28,205 bases of DNA from a bacterium (GTDB lineage Bacteria > SZUA-182 > DTGQ01 > JAFGSM01), in contig JBLIRO010000065.1 of the NCBI GenBank assembly GCA_049472335.1, positions 1 to 28,205 of the forward strand, in the 5' to 3' direction. This document shows, piece after piece, positions 24,628-28,205 of the stretch. A program made the translations under genes and the position numbers. The notes under the pieces are model-generated. The model did not search any database and was not told the origin of the DNA. It was given only the letters and a program-made list of their open reading frames with translations. How positions within the stretch are numbered: the stretch's first letter is position 1; every line of letters begins with the position of its first letter.

Positions 24628-26889
24628 TTATTTTAATTTGGTCAAGTCATCCGCCATTTGTTTCAGCACGGGTTCAATAACTTTTCGCTTCTTGAATATC
24701 GCCAACAGGGTATTCTTTACCTCAAGTGCCTTTTTGAGCTTGCCGGCTTCAACCGCGCTGCTTACATAGCTATCGGTTACCTCCCTGGCTTTAATATTCC
24801 CCAGCGAGTCTGCGAGAACCTCCAGGTTTTCCATTACAGGAGCCATAAGGTTTTCAGCTCTCGAGTGTTGGGCCTCCAATATGTCAACCTTTTTTGCACC
24901 TATCGGCAGACTCTTCCAATTCTTCGCTAACGGCATAGCCAGGCAACTGGTCAAATATAACCGTGCCGGGTGATTTGGCTGAAGTTTTGTTAGCATCCAT
25001 TCGAGCTTTTCATTCACATCTTCCATTTTGCGGGCACCACCAAAATAGAGAACCCGGGCTACCCTGCCGTCGTAAAGCGTTGAAATGATCCTATAGTCAT
25101 CGAAAGACGCAGGCTTTACCCAGATTTGGCTTACTGCAGAAACCTGGGTACCGTCATGATTTGTGAAACAAGCCTCTATTCGATAGGCACCGGGTTTTCT
25201 GAAGTAAAATCCCATTTTACCTACGGTTAACTGGATAGATTCGTAAATTGCAGTGCCTGGTGCCATTGTTTTCAATGCACAATTTTGATCTATATGGATG
25301 GGTGCCAGAAAGGGCAATTTTGTTCCATCGGGATCAGTCACAGCTATTTGCATAAAACCGGATGCAGGATCCAGCAATCCATGGGTCTGGATGTTTTTGT
25401 TTGAAACGTTTTTCAGGCGAAGCTCGACAAAGAGGGATTCACCGAGTTCCAAGGCACTACGCCTGGAACGAATTGCTAGTGAGAGAGCGCGATTGATTCT
25501 GCTTTCATCGGCGAGCCCGTGATTTTCAAACCATAATTCGTTCCCCATTTGCACATACTCTTCCGGTGCGTGACGCAAATACAGGTTTTCCGAGTCCTCA
25601 AAGCAGAAAGTGAACCTGTCGTAGAACCATTTTGCACAATAGGTATTAATGGGGTCTTCATCTGCGCGCCAGGGATAATTCATCCATGAAAGTCCCTGGT
25701 CATCATTGGCCATTGGCGGCGCCCAATCAGGGGGCGTCCATGGAAAGCCATAGGGTGCGGCCAGCGTTTTTTGCCAACTGTGTGCCAGGTTGAATGCGTG
25801 ACCAATTTCGTGTACGGTTGTAAAAAAGAGTTCGCGCTCAACAGCTTCAGCAGGAGATGTATTGTCAGATGCAAAATCACCTGTTGCACCGAACAGCCAA
25901 TCAGCTTCGGTGAAAACAGCCGTACCCTGGCGCGTCACATCACCAGGGAGAGTTGTTTCACTGTCGAACATGATTCCGGCATATCCGTCGATGGCGTGGT
26001 GCTCACCTAGAAAAACCCAAAGCTTCCACTGCGGCACGTTGGCAAATGCACTCCAGTGGTCTTCCATTGCCTGGTGAAGTTCGGTATTGGTCCAGCCGCC
26101 TTCGCCAGGGCCAGCGGTTGCGATAATATTTGCTTCTTCGGAGTAATCCACCTTTATTCCGGCACGCGCGTATACGTTTTTTATCGTAAGGTTCCGCTCC
26201 GGCAACCCAGCCGGCCTGTCCGGATGCGTATGGGTATTGTAAGGCTCCACGGTTCTGGCGTGGTCTTCCCGGTCAATTTCAAACTCTACTTCGCGAAAAT
26301 AACGCGAAATTCGTGGAATCGTATAGGGACCGAAGCTGTCACTGGTGGTAGTGCAGGAAAAGGTTGCGCTTGCAATAGGATTAAAAATGTTGGACAGCGT
26401 GATCTCAAGCCGGTCGACATCCTTTGTTGTTAGAGGCCATTTAAAACTGAATCCTTCCACAACCAATTGCCTACCACCGGGAATTGCTGTATTCGACAAA
26501 ACCTGGCCAATAAAGTGGATCTTTGATGGTAATATTGAGTAGCGCGACCACCGGTTAATAGTACCGCTCACTACGTCCAGGGGATCCGTAGAATCTATAT
26601 CGATATGTAGTTTGATGGTCGTAAACGTCGCCTGAAAAATTTCCGCTATTTCATATCTTTTTAAGAGCGGCTTATTGAGCAGATAACTCGGATTTGCCTG
26701 CACGATTCTTTTACTCTCGATGTTTTTTATTAGATCTGCGGCGGTTTTGTATGAAACTTTTTTCCAGGACGTATACTCGTAGCGTCCACTCCAAGTGAAA
26801 AATTTTTGGTATGCATCAAATTTTGCGTAGTCCCGGAAAAGCTTCAAGACATCTAATTCGTTCAGTGGTATTGCTTTCTCGATAGCCAT
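24628..26889 (-). CDS. Metzincin-like zinc metalloprotease domain protein
   Basis: HEIGHAFNLAH (HExxHxxxxxH) and a Met-turn-like SWMNYP, followed by an Ig-like segment (ELGESLFVELRLKN...PGAYRIEA). AGGAG RBS before ATG 26889. No obvious signal peptide. Confidence 0.8.
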   Translation of the reverse strand: MAIEKAIPLNELDVLKLFRDYAKFDAYQKFFTWSGRYEYTSWKKVSYKTAADLIKNIESKRIVQANPSYLLNKPLLKRYEIAEIFQATFTTIKLHIDIDSTDPLDVVSGTINRWSRYSILPSKIHFIGQVLSNTAIPGGRQLVVEGFSFKWPLTTKDVDRLEITLSNIFNPIASATFSCTTTSDSFGPYTIPRISRYFREVEFEIDREDHARTVEPYNTHTHPDRPAGLPERNLTIKNVYARAGIKVDYSEEANIIATAGPGEGGWTNTELHQAMEDHWSAFANVPQWKLWVFLGEHHAIDGYAGIMFDSETTLPGDVTRQGTAVFTEADWLFGATGDFASDNTSPAEAVERELFFTTVHEIGHAFNLAHSWQKTLAAPYGFPWTPPDWAPPMANDDQGLSWMNYPWRADEDPINTYCAKWFYDRFTFCFEDSENLYLRHAPEEYVQMGNELWFENHGLADESRINRALSLAIRSRRSALELGESLFVELRLKNVSNKNIQTHGLLDPASGFMQIAVTDPDGTKLPFLAPIHIDQNCALKTMAPGTAIYESIQLTVGKMGFYFRKPGAYRIEACFTNHDGTQVSAVSQIWVKPASFDDYRIISTLYDGRVARVLYFGGARKMEDVNEKLEWMLTKLQPNHPARLYLTSCLAMPLAKNWKSLPIGAKKVDILEAQHSRAENLMAPVMENLEVLADSLGNIKAREVTDSYVSSAVEAGKLKKALEVKNTLLAIFKKRKVIEPVLKQMADDLTKLK

Positions 26890-27890
26890 GGCATCTCTCC
26901 TTCGCTCATACATTCATATCCTTAAAATAATTAGGATAAGACAAATATGTCTTAACTTAAAAAATTATTAACCACGAGGTAATTATAACCATCTTTGAAT
27001 ATTTAAGTTATGAATTTTTGTCTTGCACATATAAGAAAAATATTTTTGAGTTGGAATAAATAAGAGCCAAAAAAATTATAAAAAGATTACCACCTCTTTT
27101 CTTTTTTTGAAATACTTAAAAGACTCTTCCAAACAAAAGCGTATGTCAGTATAATCAATTGAAATTTAATCATTAAAAGGAAAATATTAAATTGCCAAAA
27201 ATTTTTATCCTCTTGATTTTGTTTCTGGACTAAGCAACAAAAATCTCCAATTAAAATGAAAAGATACAATATACTAATTTAAAAAGTATGATTTGTCTTA
27301 TTTAGTAAAAGATAGGGAAATATAATCTATGCAATATCAGGATGAGGCAAACATAAAAAAGAGAATGCAAAAAATCTCTTATTAAGTTAATACTTAGATA
27401 TCATTCGATTGGATTTGCAGAAGAATTACAGGATGATATATAGAAATTAGTAAAAAGATTAGAATTTGCATCTTTAGACTTTTCTTATTACATCCCCCCT
27501 TTTTCTATTATATATTAAGTACTATGAAAATATTTTTGCAGTTGATACTATTGACTATTTAAGTAATTTTTAAAGCCAAATACTTTTAAAAATGTACTCT
27601 TCAACCAAATATTCTAAATGGAATGTAAATCAAAGTTGAGTGAAATTGTATTAATTATATCAATTCAGAGTCTCTTGTCAAGATACTTTTATCACGGTAA
27701 CGTCAAAGTCATCGAAATAATTTCTCATTATGGGAATAATTTTTAACAAATTATTCCCCAAAAGCAGAAAGGATTCGTTTTTCTGCCAAAAAGAATAGAT
27801 AATTTTATTTTGCATAGCGGAAAAGTCATTTGAAAGACGTATTTATCCTCTTTGCCTTAAATTACTTTAGGGCTATAAAGGATTTTATAT

Positions 27891-28205
27891 TTATATGCCA
27901 AGCAATTCCAGAGATCTGGCAGGATTCCAACTAAAAAAACGCAACGATTCAGCAATACTTAATGAGCCGCACCTGCGGAACAAGCTGATAGCCAAATTAC
28001 GCAGGGATGCCATAATCCTGGGGCCCGATCCTGTTCTAACTTGTGATCGATCTTCATCAAAGGTAACATCCCTCACCCAATGAAGGCCATTTTCAATACT
28101 CCAATGCCCTCGCACTAACTCAAGCAGTTTTTCAGGTTTTGCCTTTTCAGTAGACAAACTGGTTATTCCATAAGCCATCTCCTTTCTGAATTTTTCTCCA
28201 TTAAG
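27891..28205 (-). mobile_element. ISAs1-family transposase, 3' portion (runs off the window edge)
   Basis: YGITSL...LL..VRGHWSIENGLHWVRDVTFDEDRSQVRTG.GP..MASLRNLAISL is the diagnostic ISAs1 C-terminal motif. Confidence 0.92.

Noticed and set aside
26914..27700. ORF 27087..27269 and other short frames in the AT-rich spacer
   Set aside because: Low-complexity AT-driven translations with no RBS or motifs.
27868..27885. ISAs1 right terminal inverted repeat (TAGGGCTATAAAG)
   Set aside because: It resembles the CAGGGC-type end but is degenerate, and the partner end lies outside the window.

Overview
AT-rich bacterial window. The sigma-54/IHF regulatory style and gene content suggest an anaerobe, possibly Desulfobacterota-like or a candidate lineage (inference). 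Both ends carry IS transposase sequence: an IS91-family remnant on the left and the 3' part of an ISAs1-family gene on the right. The left third is a sigma-54-type nitrogen-assimilation cluster: small ORF, glnA, split (archaeal-type) glutamate synthase subunits with a 4Fe-4S dicluster protein and an FAD/NAD oxidoreductase, glyA, and a second small ORF. The remainder is accessory: vapBC, an HExxH membrane protein, an internally deleted cysteine desulfurase pseudogene, a PAS-only sensor, a dual-specificity phosphatase, a two-repeat exported protein, a C10 cysteine peptidase, a Cthe_2159-like protein with a long Tyr/Gly repeat, an RHH protein, a second Tyr/Gly/Pro-rich exported protein and a metzincin-like protease. 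The best leads outside the ORF track are: (i) an 18-aa peptide gene, MKTKTNVKAG-AFGYFPFF, with a strong RBS just upstream of the C10 peptidase; (ii) two apparently paralogous small unknown proteins bracketing the glnA-GOGAT-glyA cluster; (iii) a long structured RNA-like leader; and (iv) several dispersed repeats and operator arrays. All family calls come from reading motifs by eye, with no database searches.
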